53,760 nucleotides of DNA from Candidatus Pacearchaeota archaeon (GCA_050124795.1 JASFEO010000005.1:1-53760); one strand, 5' to 3'. Shown: positions 30,084-38,511, numbered from the stretch's first letter. Translations and numbers: made by a program. Notes: generated by a model not told the origin, from the sequence alone.

Positions 30084-30183
30084 GTATAACAAGGGATAAA
30101 AGGAAAATTGTTCGGCTCGCAATTTTCCCAAATTTTTCTTCCACTTCGTTCCAGAAAAACTTCCCTTAAGCCCGATGTTAAAT
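30084..30183 (+). repeat. attC-like site 4
   Basis: GTATAAC-AAGGGATAAAAGG … CCCTTAAGCCCGAT-GTTAAAT. Confidence 0.75.
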
Positions 30184-30340
30184 CTAATTCTAAAACCTGC
30201 CTACCAAGACTAAAATAAAAATTATAATGTTGTTATCTTCGTTAAAATCATAAAGAAAAAACTTACAAAATTGCTACGCAGCTTTGCCTAACAAAATTTT
30301 AACGAAATTGTTGAAAAATAAAAATTATAGAACGAAAGAT

Positions 30341-30673
30341 TTACTTTTTTGTTTCTTGATTTATTCTAGATAGAATTGTTTTGTATAATTCTTGTGCTTT
30401 AGCTTTTTCCATATTGTCTGGAAGAATGTCGGCTGTTCCGTCTCTGTCTTTGTCGTAAAATGAAAGTTCAATTCCTTCTGGAGTTTTTAGTCTTAATCTA
30501 TAATCAGATGTCCATCCATGTCCCTTTCCCCAAGATGTTTGTTCGTAAACAACCCGATTTCCATCTATGTTTCCTGCATAGATTAAGCCTTTATTACTTT
30601 CATCTTTACCACAGCCTGACAAAGCTAAAGCTCCTGCCAAAACAATTCCAGTTAATGTTCTTTTGATTGTCAT
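30341..30673 (-). CDS. Cassette: putative lipoprotein
   Basis: Signal peptide with lipobox LSGC; DKDRDGTAD acidic loop. Confidence 0.7.
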   Translation of the reverse strand: MTIKRTLTGIVLAGALALSGCGKDESNKGLIYAGNIDGNRVVYEQTSWGKGHGWTSDYRLRLKTPEGIELSFYDKDRDGTADILPDNMEKAKAQELYKTILSRINQETKK

Positions 30674-30842
30674 ACAATAAAGAATAAATCAATACTTTAT
30701 AAATCTTTCGTTTCTTTTACTACTTTGAAGTTAATAATCTATTTTTCAACAACTACGATAACAACGAATTTTCGGCGAGCCCTGAACTTCTCCCTTCGGT
30801 CGACCACGTTGCACTCTCACTTCACTTCGTTTCGTTTGGGGA

Positions 30843-30979
30843 GTTTAACAGCGATTAAGAGGAAAATCCCTTGCAGGAATTTTCCCAAATCCTCGCCATC
30901 TCTGAAAAAATTTCCAGCTCTGTTTCACGAGGGAAATTTTTTCGAGGGCTTCGGACTTCTCTTAAGCCCGATGTTAAAC
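30843..30979 (+). repeat. attC-like site 5
   Basis: GTTTAAC-AGCGATTAAGAG … CTCTTAAGCCCGAT-GTTAAAC. Confidence 0.8.
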
Positions 30980-31026
30980 TCAATAAATTTGAAGTCCTAA
31001 AAAATAGAAAGGGGGCAGTTGCATAA

Positions 31027-31317
31027 CTACTTCTTGATTATTTTCTCCAGATTAATCTTATATTTCTCAAAAGCATCTTTCTTAAATGTGTAATGCACAT
31101 GCATTCCTTTTTTTTCAGATTCAAGCATTCCAGCATCAACTAACAACTTTAAATGTTTAGACACAGCAGGTTGAGATATATTAAGATTTCTCACAATAGC
31201 AGATACACACAAACTATGTTTTGAAAGCAATTCTAGAATTTTTAATCTATTTGAATCTCCTAAAAGTTTTGCAATCTTTGCAGTTTCTTCTATCAATTTG
31301 CTTCCCATAAATGGCAT
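31027..31317 (-). CDS. Cassette: ArsR/SmtB-family regulator
   Basis: LGDSNRLKIL, LCVSAI, SQPAVSKHL, G…HY. Confidence 0.9.
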   Translation of the reverse strand: MPFMGSKLIEETAKIAKLLGDSNRLKILELLSKHSLCVSAIVRNLNISQPAVSKHLKLLVDAGMLESEKKGMHVHYTFKKDAFEKYKINLEKIIKK

Positions 31318-31337
31318 ATAACTTAATGACTATTTAT

Positions 31338-31955
31338 TTATTTGCTTTTTTCATATTTAATTGCTTTTACGGGACAAGAATCCGAACATTCAAAACATAA
31401 AAGACAATTCTTTTTATCAATATTCAAGTTTTCATCAATAGCAACTCCAGGACAAATTTTCTCACATTTTTTACAATTAATACATTTATTTGTTTTTTTG
31501 ATCTGCATTCTTGAAAACCTTGCTGTTAATGAAAAAAGCATTCCCCATGGACACAAATATCTATGCCAAGTTCTAGCGTCAAATATAATTGTAGCAAATA
31601 ATCCTAATCCAATTATTATCAAAGGAAGAGGAAAGTTTTTACCCTGTTTCATCAACATTATCTTAAAAACAAAGCCAATTATGAAAAGAATGAATAAAGA
31701 GTATCTTAATAGCTCATTCTTGAAAAATGCCTTAATTTCTTTATTTTTGAATCCTAATTTCCTCTTTATTTTGTCAATAGGTGTTATAATTGTATTTATT
31801 GGGCATACCCACTCACAATAAAATCTTCCAAAGAAAAAAGACCCTATCAGAAACAGTAATACTATCCCCATCCAGATTTTATTTTTTTCTAAGATTATCA
31901 AAGTAAAAAAAATTAACAAAAACAAAAATTGGATTCCTTTTCTGATTTTTTGCAT
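31338..31955 (-). CDS. Cassette: membrane 4Fe-4S binding protein (NapH/MauN/YccM-like)
   Basis: GRFYCEWVCP, YLCPWG, two CxxCxxCxxxCP motifs; ATG at 31955 or 31967 is more plausible than 32075. Confidence 0.85.
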   Translation of the reverse strand: MQKIRKGIQFLFLLIFFTLIILEKNKIWMGIVLLFLIGSFFFGRFYCEWVCPINTIITPIDKIKRKLGFKNKEIKAFFKNELLRYSLFILFIIGFVFKIMLMKQGKNFPLPLIIIGLGLFATIIFDARTWHRYLCPWGMLFSLTARFSRMQIKKTNKCINCKKCEKICPGVAIDENLNIDKKNCLLCFECSDSCPVKAIKYEKSK

Positions 31956-31956
31956 T

Positions 31957-32094
31957 TTATTTTTCATTGCATAAACAGTTTCCTTTGAAGCAGTCTTTTC
32001 CTTCTTTGGTTCTTTTGATAACAATTTCAGAACCATTATCTTCAATTGTTCCAATTTCTTTTCCTTTGCATACAATCTTACATTCTCCGCACAT
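31957..32094 (-). CDS. Cassette: 45-aa Cys-rich peptide not in the ORF track
   Basis: MCGECKIVCKGKEIGTIEDNGSEIVIKRTKEGKDCFKGNCLCNEK; GGAGGT upstream; stop 1 nt before the next ATG. Confidence 0.7.
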   Translation of the reverse strand: MCGECKIVCKGKEIGTIEDNGSEIVIKRTKEGKDCFKGNCLCNEK

Positions 32095-32308
32095 TTTTAA
32101 TACCTCCTAATATTTAGTTATATAATCATATAATTATATTGTTATATATTTAAACCTTTCGATTCGTTATGCAACTGCCCCTCAATCTTGTTTTTGATGT
32201 ATCGCTGTCGCTTATTGGATAAAACGGACTTCAAATTTACTTTGAATTTTTCCTTCGCTTCGCTACGGAACGTTGCACTAATCCTCGGTCTCCGTTTCAC
32301 TCCGACGG

Positions 32309-32429
32309 ATATAACAGGAATTTAACGGAAAAATGCTCGGCTCGCATTTTTCCCAAATTTGATTTTCCAGCTCTGTTACGCTTCGCTTCACGAGGGAAAA
32401 TCAAACTTCGTTAAATTCCGATGTTATAA
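32309..32429 (+). repeat. attC-like site 6 (array end)
   Basis: ATATAAC-AGGAATTTAACG … CGTTAAATTCC-GA-T-GTTATAA. Confidence 0.8.
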
Positions 32430-32463
32430 AATATTTTAAAAACTTCTTTTGCTTTGTTAGTTA

Positions 32464-33600
32464 ATGAAAAAGGGTGAAGGAAATTCCAGAAATGTTTGGC
32501 TATTGGGAGGCTCAAGTTTTTTTAATGATGTTGGAAGTGAAATGATTATGCCGATTTTACCGTTTTATATTTTGGCTCTTGGGGGCGGAGGTATTGCTCT
32601 TGGTCTTGTTTCAGGTTTGCGTGAGGGGTTGTCAAGTTTGTTTAAAATTTTTGGAGGATATGTTTCTGACAGAACAGGAAAAAGAAAAGTTTTTGTTTTC
32701 TTTGGTTATCTTTTTTCAGTTGTTTTTAGATTTTTTCTCGGGCTTGTAAATTCCTGGCAATATCTTGTTACTTTTATTTCCCTGGAGAGATTTGGAAAAT
32801 TCAGGGATTCTCCTCGTGATGCCATGATTTCTGAAGAGAAAAAAACTTCAGGAAAAAATTTTGGAATATTGCAGATGATGGATACTCTTGGCGCTATTTT
32901 GGGAATTATTTTAGTATTTATATTTTTTTGGAAATTTAATTTTAGTTTTAAGACAATAATTTTCTTGGCTGCAGGGATATCTGTGTTTTCATTGTTGTTT
33001 TTAATTTTTGTAAAAGATTCAAAAGTTAAGAAGTCAAAAAAAAGTTTATTGAAGGGGATAAGTGGTTTGAATAAAAATTTAAAATATTTTATTTTTGTTT
33101 CATCTGTTTTTTCTTTTGCGAATTTCGGGCTTTATATGTTTTTGTTATTGGTTGCAAAGGAATTTACAGGAAGTTATGTTTATTCAATTTTGTTTTATCT
33201 TATTTTTAATGTGGTTTATGCATCTATGCTGGTTCCTTTTGGAAAATTGTCTGACTGGGTCGGAAGAAAAAAAATTCTTGTTCTTGGGTATTTATCATTT
33301 TTTGGAGTTAGTCTTGGGTTTATTTATTTTCAGACTTTTTTTCATCTGGTTGTTTTATTTATTCTTTATGGATTTGTTTATGCAATAAAATATCCCTGTC
33401 AAAAGGCGCTTGTGTCTGATTTGTCAGGGGAGATGAAGGGAACTGCATTTGGATTATTTAATATGTCAATTGGTTTGGCAGGAATTCCAGGCGGGATAAT
33501 CGCAGGAATTTTATGGAATGCAAGTCATGATTTAATGTTTGGTTATTTATCTGTAATTTCAGTTGCTGCACTATTTTTATTAATTTTTGTTCGGGAATAA
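32464..33600 (+). CDS. MFS transporter
   Basis: About 12 TM; GYVSDRTGKRK and GKLSDWVGRKK motif A. Confidence 0.9.
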   Translation: MKKGEGNSRNVWLLGGSSFFNDVGSEMIMPILPFYILALGGGGIALGLVSGLREGLSSLFKIFGGYVSDRTGKRKVFVFFGYLFSVVFRFFLGLVNSWQYLVTFISLERFGKFRDSPRDAMISEEKKTSGKNFGILQMMDTLGAILGIILVFIFFWKFNFSFKTIIFLAAGISVFSLLFLIFVKDSKVKKSKKSLLKGISGLNKNLKYFIFVSSVFSFANFGLYMFLLLVAKEFTGSYVYSILFYLIFNVVYASMLVPFGKLSDWVGRKKILVLGYLSFFGVSLGFIYFQTFFHLVVLFILYGFVYAIKYPCQKALVSDLSGEMKGTAFGLFNMSIGLAGIPGGIIAGILWNASHDLMFGYLSVISVAALFLLIFVRE

Positions 33601-33615
33601 TTTTTAGAAAACTTC

Positions 33616-34806
33616 TCACAACCCCAATCTTTCAATAAATTTTTTTTTATCAAATACTTCAATTGTATTATATTCCTGACCGGTGCCCAAATAAAGAATT
33701 GGTTTTTTTGTAACAAACCCAACTGACAATGCTGTTCCACCTTTTTCGTCAATGTCTGCTTTTGATAAAATTATCCCGTCGATTCCAATTGCCCAGTCAA
33801 AACTTCTGACTTGTTCTATTGCGTCGTTGCCTGTTAAACTTTCGCCGACGAAAATTTTGCAGTCTGGTTTACAGACTTTTGCAACTTTTTCAATTTGATG
33901 CATTAAATTTTTTTCAGTATACATTCTACCGGCTGTATCAATTAAAACACAGTCAATTCTGTTTTTTTCTGCGAATTTAATTGCATCAAAACCAACTGCT
34001 GCAGGGTCTGAATTATATTCATGCGCAATAACTTTTACATCTAGTTTATTCCCATGAGTTTTTAATTGTTCAATTGATGCTGCTCTAAATGTGTCAGCTG
34101 CTGCCATAACGCAGGTTAGTTTTTCTTTTTTTAATTGTTCTGCAATTTTCGCAATTGTTGTTGTTTTTCCAGTTCCATTAATTCCGCAAAATAAAATCAC
34201 ATAAGGCTTTTTTTCAGTTTCTCTTTTTTCTCTGATTCTTTCAGGGATGGAAAATGGCTCAATTAAAATTTCATTAATTATTTCTTTAAAGCAATCTTTA
34301 ATTTCTTCTTCAATTTCTTTTTTTAATAATTCCTGACCGACAATTTTTTCTTTTAGTTCTTTAATTATTTTTTCAGCAACCTCCAAAGCAACATTATTTT
34401 CAAGAAGCAAAAGTTCAAGTTCATCTGCATAGTTTTCAAATTCTTTTTCAGTGATTTTTATTTTTGTTATTTTTGAAGCAACTTTTTTAAAAAAACCTTT
34501 TTTATCTTCTTTAATATCCGGAAGTGTTTCTTCAGGTTCTTTTTTTTCCAAAGGAGTTTGGTCTTCTTTTTTTTGAGGTTCTTCTTTAGTTTCTTTTTCA
34601 GTTTTTTCTTTTGACTTTTCCTTTTCCTTTTTTCCTTTTTTATCTGGCTCTTTAATTTTTTCTTTTACTTTTTCAATTATCTCTTTTTTTAATTTTTTAA
34701 CTTCCTCTTCTTTTGCAATTTCTTCAATAACTTCTTCTTTTTCTTCCTGATTTTTTGAAATGTTTTTTGTCCAGGATTTTAATTTTTCTTTAAATGATTT
34801 GAACAT
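33616..34806 (-). CDS. ftsY: SRP receptor FtsY
   Basis: GINGTGKTTT, DTFRAAS, DTAGR, KGG, GTGQ; charged N-terminus. Confidence 0.96.
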   Translation of the reverse strand: MFKSFKEKLKSWTKNISKNQEEKEEVIEEIAKEEEVKKLKKEIIEKVKEKIKEPDKKGKKEKEKSKEKTEKETKEEPQKKEDQTPLEKKEPEETLPDIKEDKKGFFKKVASKITKIKITEKEFENYADELELLLLENNVALEVAEKIIKELKEKIVGQELLKKEIEEEIKDCFKEIINEILIEPFSIPERIREKRETEKKPYVILFCGINGTGKTTTIAKIAEQLKKEKLTCVMAAADTFRAASIEQLKTHGNKLDVKVIAHEYNSDPAAVGFDAIKFAEKNRIDCVLIDTAGRMYTEKNLMHQIEKVAKVCKPDCKIFVGESLTGNDAIEQVRSFDWAIGIDGIILSKADIDEKGGTALSVGFVTKKPILYLGTGQEYNTIEVFDKKKFIERLGL

Positions 34807-34883
34807 GAATGAAGAAGAGAAATTATGTTTATAATATTTTGCAATATAGAAACTATTTTAAATAGAAAGTTTGTTTTCTATTT

Positions 34884-35150
34884 ATGGAATTAACTGAATT
34901 TGAAATTGATAAGGGCGTTGAATCTATTTCTGATTATTTAATTAATCATGAGGTTAGGGCAAGGGAAGCTCTTAAAAATTGTTTGGGAAAGAAAGTTCTT
35001 GTTCTTGATTGGCATAAAAGGGATGTTGTTGGGTTTGTATTAAGTGTTGATAATATTTTTGCTTATAAGTTGGCAACTCCTCGTGGAGAGGTTTTGCCTC
35101 TTTGCTATAATGATTTTAGAGAATTATATTTATTTCCTGAGTCTGATTAA
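34884..35150 (+). CDS. Hypothetical protein
   Basis: ATG ORF with TATA-like box. Confidence 0.55.
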   Translation: MELTEFEIDKGVESISDYLINHEVRAREALKNCLGKKVLVLDWHKRDVVGFVLSVDNIFAYKLATPRGEVLPLCYNDFRELYLFPESD

Positions 35151-35187
35151 CTTATAATTTTAAAAACTCTTTTTATTTTTATTAATT

Positions 35188-35859
35188 ATGAAAAAAAAGG
35201 TGCTCAAAATATATTTGTTTCGTCATGGCAGGACTGTGTATAATGTGAAGGAGATGTTTACTGGACACAAGCATACTAAATTAACTTTTAGAGGAAAAAT
35301 TGATGCAAAACGAGTTGCAAAAAAATTAAAGAATAAAAAATTTGAAGTTGCGTTTCATACTTCTTTGCCCAGATCAAAAGAAACATTGAACTATGTTTTG
35401 AAGTTTCATCCTGAATGCAAAAAAATTTTAATTGATGACAGAATGATTGAGCGAAGTTATGGAATTTTGGAAGGGACAAAGCATAAAGATTTTATTAAGA
35501 AAGTTGGAAAAAAGTCTTATGATCTGAGAGTTGAGGGGGATGCAATTGAAAATTTAAAACCTGCTTTACGACGAAAAGTTGAGAAGTTTTTAGGTGAAGA
35601 AGAATATAAGGCAATTCATCGCGGATATGAAGTTGCTGCGCCTAGGGGAGAGAGTTTTTTAGATGTTGAAAAAAGGGTTAAGAGTTTTATTGTTTATTTG
35701 AAAAAGTTTATGAAGAAGAACAAAGTGAATGCCGCGATTTCTGCGCATGGAAATTCAATTCGGCTTTTTAGGAAAGTTATGGAAAATGCTTCCAGAGAGA
35801 AAACAGTAAAATGGTTTATTCCGTATGATAAAGTATTTGTTTATGATTTAGAAGTGTAG
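35188..35859 (+). CDS. gpmA: Histidine phosphatase superfamily / cofactor-dependent phosphoglycerate mutase
   Basis: RHG, ERSYG, GES, AHGNSIR. Confidence 0.75.
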   Translation: MKKKVLKIYLFRHGRTVYNVKEMFTGHKHTKLTFRGKIDAKRVAKKLKNKKFEVAFHTSLPRSKETLNYVLKFHPECKKILIDDRMIERSYGILEGTKHKDFIKKVGKKSYDLRVEGDAIENLKPALRRKVEKFLGEEEYKAIHRGYEVAAPRGESFLDVEKRVKSFIVYLKKFMKKNKVNAAISAHGNSIRLFRKVMENASREKTVKWFIPYDKVFVYDLEV

Positions 35860-35898
35860 AATATAAATTCTTATAAACTTGGGGAGATTTGTTTTTTT

Positions 35899-37143
35899 AT
35901 GAAAGGAGTGCTTGTTATTTTAAGTGGATTGGGAGATTTGCCATGTAAACAACTTGGAGAAAAAACCCCTTTGGAAGTTGCGAAAATGCCCAATCTGGGT
36001 TTTTTATCTGCCCGAGGAGAACTGGGATTTATGCACTCAGTAAAACCTGGATTTATTCCGGAACTTGATGAAGCAATTGTCTCTATTTTTGGAAATAACC
36101 TTCTTTCAAGCACCTTAGGACAACTTGAAGCAAAAGGGGCTGATTTAAAACTTACAAGAGGAGACCTTGCATTGAGAGTAAATTTCGCAACAATTGATAA
36201 TGAAACTAACGGAAACATAATTGATCGAAGGTCAGGCAGAACACTTACAAATAGTGAAGCAGAAATTTTAACGCGGGCAATAAACAGCAAAATAAAACTC
36301 TCAGTTAATTTTGAATTTGTTCCAACTATCCAGCATAGAGGAGTGTTGGTTTTCAGGGGAGGATTTTCAGATAATGTTACAGGGAATGATTCTATTTATT
36401 TTCATGGAAGAAGTCGCGAGGTAAATAAAATTTCAACTTGCAAGGCAATGGATGATGATGAAAACTCCCAATACACTGCAAATGTTTTAAATGAATTCCT
36501 AAATCAGGCGCATGGAATATTAAATAATCATCCTGTAAATGAAGAAAGGCGAAAAAAAGGCCTAATGCCTGCAAATTATTTGCTAATCCGCGGGGCAGGA
36601 ATTGAAACTCCTAAACTAAAGTTCTATAAAAAATGGGCTTCTGTTAGTTATATGCCTCTTGAAAGAGGTTTCTCAAAATTAAGCGGCATGAAAGTCTTTT
36701 CATTTGATTACCCAAAACTAACAGGCCTGGACTCATACAAAAATTTTTACGAAGGTTTGGAAAAAGCATGCAAATTCTCAATTAAAACAATAAAGAAAAA
36801 CAAGAATACAAGTGATTACATTTATATCCACATTCGGGAAACTGATTTGCCAGGCCATGACAACAAACCACATGAACGAGTTGCCATGCTGGAATATATT
36901 GATAAAACATTATTTAAATTTCTAAGAAAATTCGCACCCCCAAATAAAATAAAAGTCCTTGTAACAAGCGACCATTCAACCCCATGCAAATTAAAATCTC
37001 ACTCCACAGAACCAGTCCCTGTCCTGCTTTATAATGATTCAAAACCTAAAGAAAAAATTTTCTGTGAAAAAGAAGCAAGAAAAGGAACTTTGGGGGGAAT
37101 TGTCGGCGGGGGATTATTAAAAAAAGTTGGGTTCACAAAATAG
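35899..37143 (+). CDS. apgM: Archaeal-type cofactor-independent phosphoglycerate mutase homologue (degenerate active site)
   Basis: GKTPLE-like, ALRVNFAT, DRR, PANYLLIRG, DLPGHD, TSDHSTP. Confidence 0.8.
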   Translation: MKGVLVILSGLGDLPCKQLGEKTPLEVAKMPNLGFLSARGELGFMHSVKPGFIPELDEAIVSIFGNNLLSSTLGQLEAKGADLKLTRGDLALRVNFATIDNETNGNIIDRRSGRTLTNSEAEILTRAINSKIKLSVNFEFVPTIQHRGVLVFRGGFSDNVTGNDSIYFHGRSREVNKISTCKAMDDDENSQYTANVLNEFLNQAHGILNNHPVNEERRKKGLMPANYLLIRGAGIETPKLKFYKKWASVSYMPLERGFSKLSGMKVFSFDYPKLTGLDSYKNFYEGLEKACKFSIKTIKKNKNTSDYIYIHIRETDLPGHDNKPHERVAMLEYIDKTLFKFLRKFAPPNKIKVLVTSDHSTPCKLKSHSTEPVPVLLYNDSKPKEKIFCEKEARKGTLGGIVGGGLLKKVGFTK

Positions 37144-37211
37144 AAATTCGTTGCGTTAATTTTGAATTGTACCATATAAATTTTTATAAACTTAAAGTAT
37201 GTTTAATTTTT

Positions 37212-37523
37212 ATGGGAGACAATTATGCAAGGAAATGTTGGGAATGCGCGTATATTGGATATTCCGCGAAGAATGATAGTCGGGGGTTATGCGACAGACT
37301 TGAAGATCCTTCTTATGTATTTAGAGTTAGTTTGGACAACTGCAAATGTTTGTATGATAATCCGGGAAGCAGAATTTCTTTTGAGGAAATTGTGGAAAGG
37401 CAGGAAAAAGCAAGAATTGATAATGAAAAATTCTTTAATGATTTAAGGAGAGCAAGTGAAAAGGCTGCGAAGATGCCAAAATGGAAAAGAGAAGAAGGAA
37501 GAAGATTGTTTGGGAGATTTTAA
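37212..37523 (+). CDS. Hypothetical Cys-containing protein
   Basis: CWEC…C…C; TATA-like box upstream. Confidence 0.5.
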   Translation: MGDNYARKCWECAYIGYSAKNDSRGLCDRLEDPSYVFRVSLDNCKCLYDNPGSRISFEEIVERQEKARIDNEKFFNDLRRASEKAAKMPKWKREEGRRLFGRF

Positions 37524-37573
37524 TTATTTTTTTAGCAACATAATTTTAAAAACACTTTTAATTTTATTTTTTT

Positions 37574-38224
37574 ATGATAGTGTTGGATATTGAATCAAGC
37601 GGGCTTGACACAGGAAGATGCGGAATCTGGCAGATTGGCGCAATTGAGTTGGAAAATCCAGATAACCAATTTTTAGAAGAATCAAGAATTGATAATGAAG
37701 ATATAATTGATGAAAATGCATTGAAAATTAATGGAAAGACTAAAGAAGAATTAAGGGATGAAAGTAAACAGAGTCAGAAGCAGATGATTTTGAATTTTAT
37801 TGATTGGGCAAAGACATGCAAGACCAAACTTATTGTAGGACATAATGTTGCGTGGGATTTTTTCTTTATTGCAAATAAATGCAGGCGATATAAAATACAA
37901 AAAGAGTTTTATGATATTTTTGGGCATAATGTAATTGATACTTATACAATTGCGCAAATGAAATTTTTTGAATTAAATAATAAATTTTCTTTTCATGGGG
38001 ATGGAAAAGGAAAGATGGGATTAAAGAGGGTTTTGGGATTATGTGGAATGAGGGATGAAAGAGTTCATTTGGATAACAAAAATGAAATTAGTCAGAAAGG
38101 GAGTTTTCATAATGCACTTTTTGATGCAAAACTTGCTGGAGAGTGTTTTTCAAGATTAGTTTATGGAAAAAGTTTATTTCCGGAGTTTAGTGGATTTGAA
38201 ATTCCCGAAGAGTTGAGAAAATAG
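37574..38224 (+). CDS. DEDDh 3'-5' exonuclease
   Basis: DIESSG, GHNVAWD, DT, HNALFDA. Confidence 0.9.
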   Translation: MIVLDIESSGLDTGRCGIWQIGAIELENPDNQFLEESRIDNEDIIDENALKINGKTKEELRDESKQSQKQMILNFIDWAKTCKTKLIVGHNVAWDFFFIANKCRRYKIQKEFYDIFGHNVIDTYTIAQMKFFELNNKFSFHGDGKGKMGLKRVLGLCGMRDERVHLDNKNEISQKGSFHNALFDAKLAGECFSRLVYGKSLFPEFSGFEIPEELRK

Positions 38225-38272
38225 GTTTTTAGGATATAAATCTTTATAAAGTTTGGAGTTTTGAAATTGTTA

Positions 38273-38461
38273 ATGACAGAAAAAATTACTCTTTATTGTG
38301 GAGAAGGAGAGGGGCGTGACTATCTACTTGGAAGATTTAATGAAAAAGGTTTGGATGTTAAAGTTGATGATTTAGGGCGTGATACTCCAATTGTAAATCA
38401 GGGAAAAAGATCTTTTTATGGATCAAGGGAAATTCATATGCGATACTTTCCTAAGAATTAA
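38273..38461 (+). CDS. Small glutaredoxin-like hypothetical protein
   Basis: ITLYC…TP…FYG pattern. Confidence 0.4.
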   Translation: MTEKITLYCGEGEGRDYLLGRFNEKGLDVKVDDLGRDTPIVNQGKRSFYGSREIHMRYFPKN

Positions 38462-38511
38462 TTATTTTTTAGTAGCATAATTATTAAAAATGCTTTTGGT
38501 GTTTTTAGTTT

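Larger units (their letters stand above)
24013..32429. mobile_element. Integron-like platform: recombinase, candidate attI and cassette array with six attC-like sites
   Basis: Related palindromes separate unrelated genes; integrase is divergent from the array. Confidence 0.8.

Noticed and set aside
25904-31000. Short ORFs over the attC-like sites (25904-26119, 25980-26168, 28653-28853, 30725-31000)
   Set aside because: They lie on GC-rich palindromic DNA with no protein features; likely chance frames
31956-32075. N-terminal extension of the 4Fe-4S ORF from a TTG at 32075
   Set aside because: Better explained by the overlapping SD-led 45-aa peptide in another frame
25900-32430. CRISPR array interpretation of the intergenic repeats
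   Set aside because: Repeats are 100-137 bp, divergent and separated by whole genes; no cas genes
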